64,000 nucleotides of DNA, from positions 46,016 to 110,015 of the forward strand of contig MU008227.1 of assembly GCA_010909165.1 (NCBI GenBank), in the 5' to 3' direction. Positions within the stretch are counted from its first letter, which is position 1, and each line of letters starts with the position of its first letter. The translations under genes were made by a program, and so were the position numbers. This stretch comes from Anthoceros angustus (lineage: Eukaryota; Plantae; Anthocerotophyta). Below, piece by piece: positions 62,310-64,000 of this stretch. The notes under the pieces were generated by a model. That model was given only the letters and a program-made list of their open reading frames with translations, had not been told where the DNA came from and made no database searches.

Positions 62310-64000
62310 ATGGCTTCCGCGCTTGCTCTGTGGAGCTACGTATTGTGCTCTGTGGCCGTAACGGGCTTCGGAGTGTTTGCTCTCGTGTTTGCTATCATCA
62401 GGCAGAAGCGGAAGGTGATAGAGATGGGTTTCGGGTCCGGGTCTGGTTTCAGCTAGGTCATGAAGGGCTGGCTGGGTGACTGACCAGGGTCCCGCTTGGG
62501 CTGGTGGATGAAGGGCAAGGACACCACTGAATTCTTCTTGACAGCACGAGGAACAGCTGGAGCTTTCAGGATTGCCTGGTCTTTCTACGCTGCAGCGATG
62601 GGGTCATGGGCAATTTTCTCCCTCCCATCCTACGCTTACGGATATGGTGAGTGAGTGGTTGGATGTGGTGGGTGTGCTGGGGCTAGGAAAGCCTGCTCGT
62701 CTCTGCTATAATCAGCATGAACTCATGGCTCACCTGTGGGGCAGGGATTGTGGGGCTTGTGTGGTTGTGCCTGCCCATTCTGTTGCAGGGTTTCTTTGGC
62801 GCCCACATCACCAGGAGGCTGCCGAACGTCATGTCTTTCACAGACTTCGTCAGGAAGGTAAGATAGCGGTCTCTGGTGCACTTGGAACTAGTTGTAGGAT
62901 CCAATTCTTAACATGCAGGAGGATGCTGACTCCTGAACTGCTCTTCAGCGATTTGGGGACGTGCTGATGGTGTGGGTCACCCTCATCATGATGCTCACCA
63001 TGGGTATTGCTCTAACTGCCGAGATGACAGCCGTAGGAGACCTTTTCAGTGATGTGATTGGGACCACCCGTGTACCCATCGTCGTCCTGATTGCCATGGT
63101 GTCCATGGTCTACACGGCTGGTGGAGGGCTTTATGTGAGCATGATCACTGACCAGCTGCAGGCTGGCCTTACCCTTATACTCCTGGCAATTTTTATCGTG
63201 TTTGTGGCTTTCACCTTCAGGGAAACACTTCCCCCAGTACCCAAGTACCTCGGTGCCACCTACCCAGGTGAGTCACAATCTGTGTGTGTGCTTGCCAGCA
63301 AGGCTTGCTTTCTCGGCAGGGAAGACTGTATAATCCATCATATCGTGCTGACTGTGCAGGGTATGCCTCGATTGCTACTATGCCGATCTCCCTGATATCA
63401 GCCTCGTTGTTCAGTGAGGCGATATGGCAGCGCTGTTGGGCATCTGTCAGTAACCGAAAGTTGAAGCAGGGTGCTTTCTGGGGAGCTTGCCAGGTAATGT
63501 ACATGTCCTCTTGTTTGTTAATCTGATGTTGGGGTTGAGAAAAGGCAATGTGGTTAAGCAGGAACACTTAAAAGGCTTATGCTCCGTGTACTAGGTGATT
63601 CTTGTGTGCTTCCTTTTTGGATTCGGTGGGTACCTCGCAGCCTGGTCTGGGAAGTTTGTGCCTTCTGGACCAGATGACTACGGTAACACCATTTTCTTCA
63701 CATTGCTTACAAACAGCGATGGAGTCCAGGTGTGGCACTGTCCCTGTCGCCATTATCCGATGTCTGTAGTCTCAACATATACATGTCTGTTTGTGTGCAT
63801 TGCACAACCCCAGCTTATTTGTGTTCCACTTGCAGGTGGTATGGTATGGGGTCACTATCCTGAGCGACTCAGCTCAAGATTCTCTACAAAATGCTCTCAC
63901 AAACTGCATTGCGGCGTGTTTCTGCGAAACCAGTCCGTTATGTGGAGCCGTCTGTTGATGGTTGTTGTAACGGTTCCATGCCTCGTGGTATCACGCAGGG
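62310..64000 (+). CDS. Sodium:solute symporter (SSS/SLC5 family) membrane transporter, multi-exon, 3' end beyond the window
   Basis: N-terminal TM, TTEFFLTAR, IAWSFYAAAMGSW, YTAGGGLYVSMITDQLQ, SEAIWQRCWAS SSS motifs; GT-AG introns. Confidence 0.85.

Overview
Eukaryotic land-plant genomic DNA. The compact genes with short GT-AG introns suggest bryophyte grade, possibly a hornwort (inference only). An intact gene island at 20.9-34.9 kb holds an ARIADNE-type RBR E3 ligase, eIF2D/ligatin and DNA ligase 6, and a sodium:solute symporter runs off the right edge. Two nests of LTR retrotransposons (1-16.8 kb and 36.2-58.6 kb) flank the island. Most notable observations: (1) a decayed, intron-containing gene at 17.6-20.0 kb that appears to fuse a ParB/Srx-like domain to a prokaryotic-type beta-class N4C/N6A DNA methyltransferase; (2) a non-chromovirus Ty3/gypsy family whose LTR appears to be about 4.6 kb long with a roughly 950-codon ORF inside U3; (3) Ty1/copia elements with very short LTRs and a conserved extra ORF upstream of gag; (4) an intron-containing integrase-core DNA transposase relic at about 60.3-61.0 kb. 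The TE coding regions are full of frameshifts, some probably assembly errors, and there is an N gap at about 46026-46076. All protein calls come from motif recognition by eye; no searches were run.
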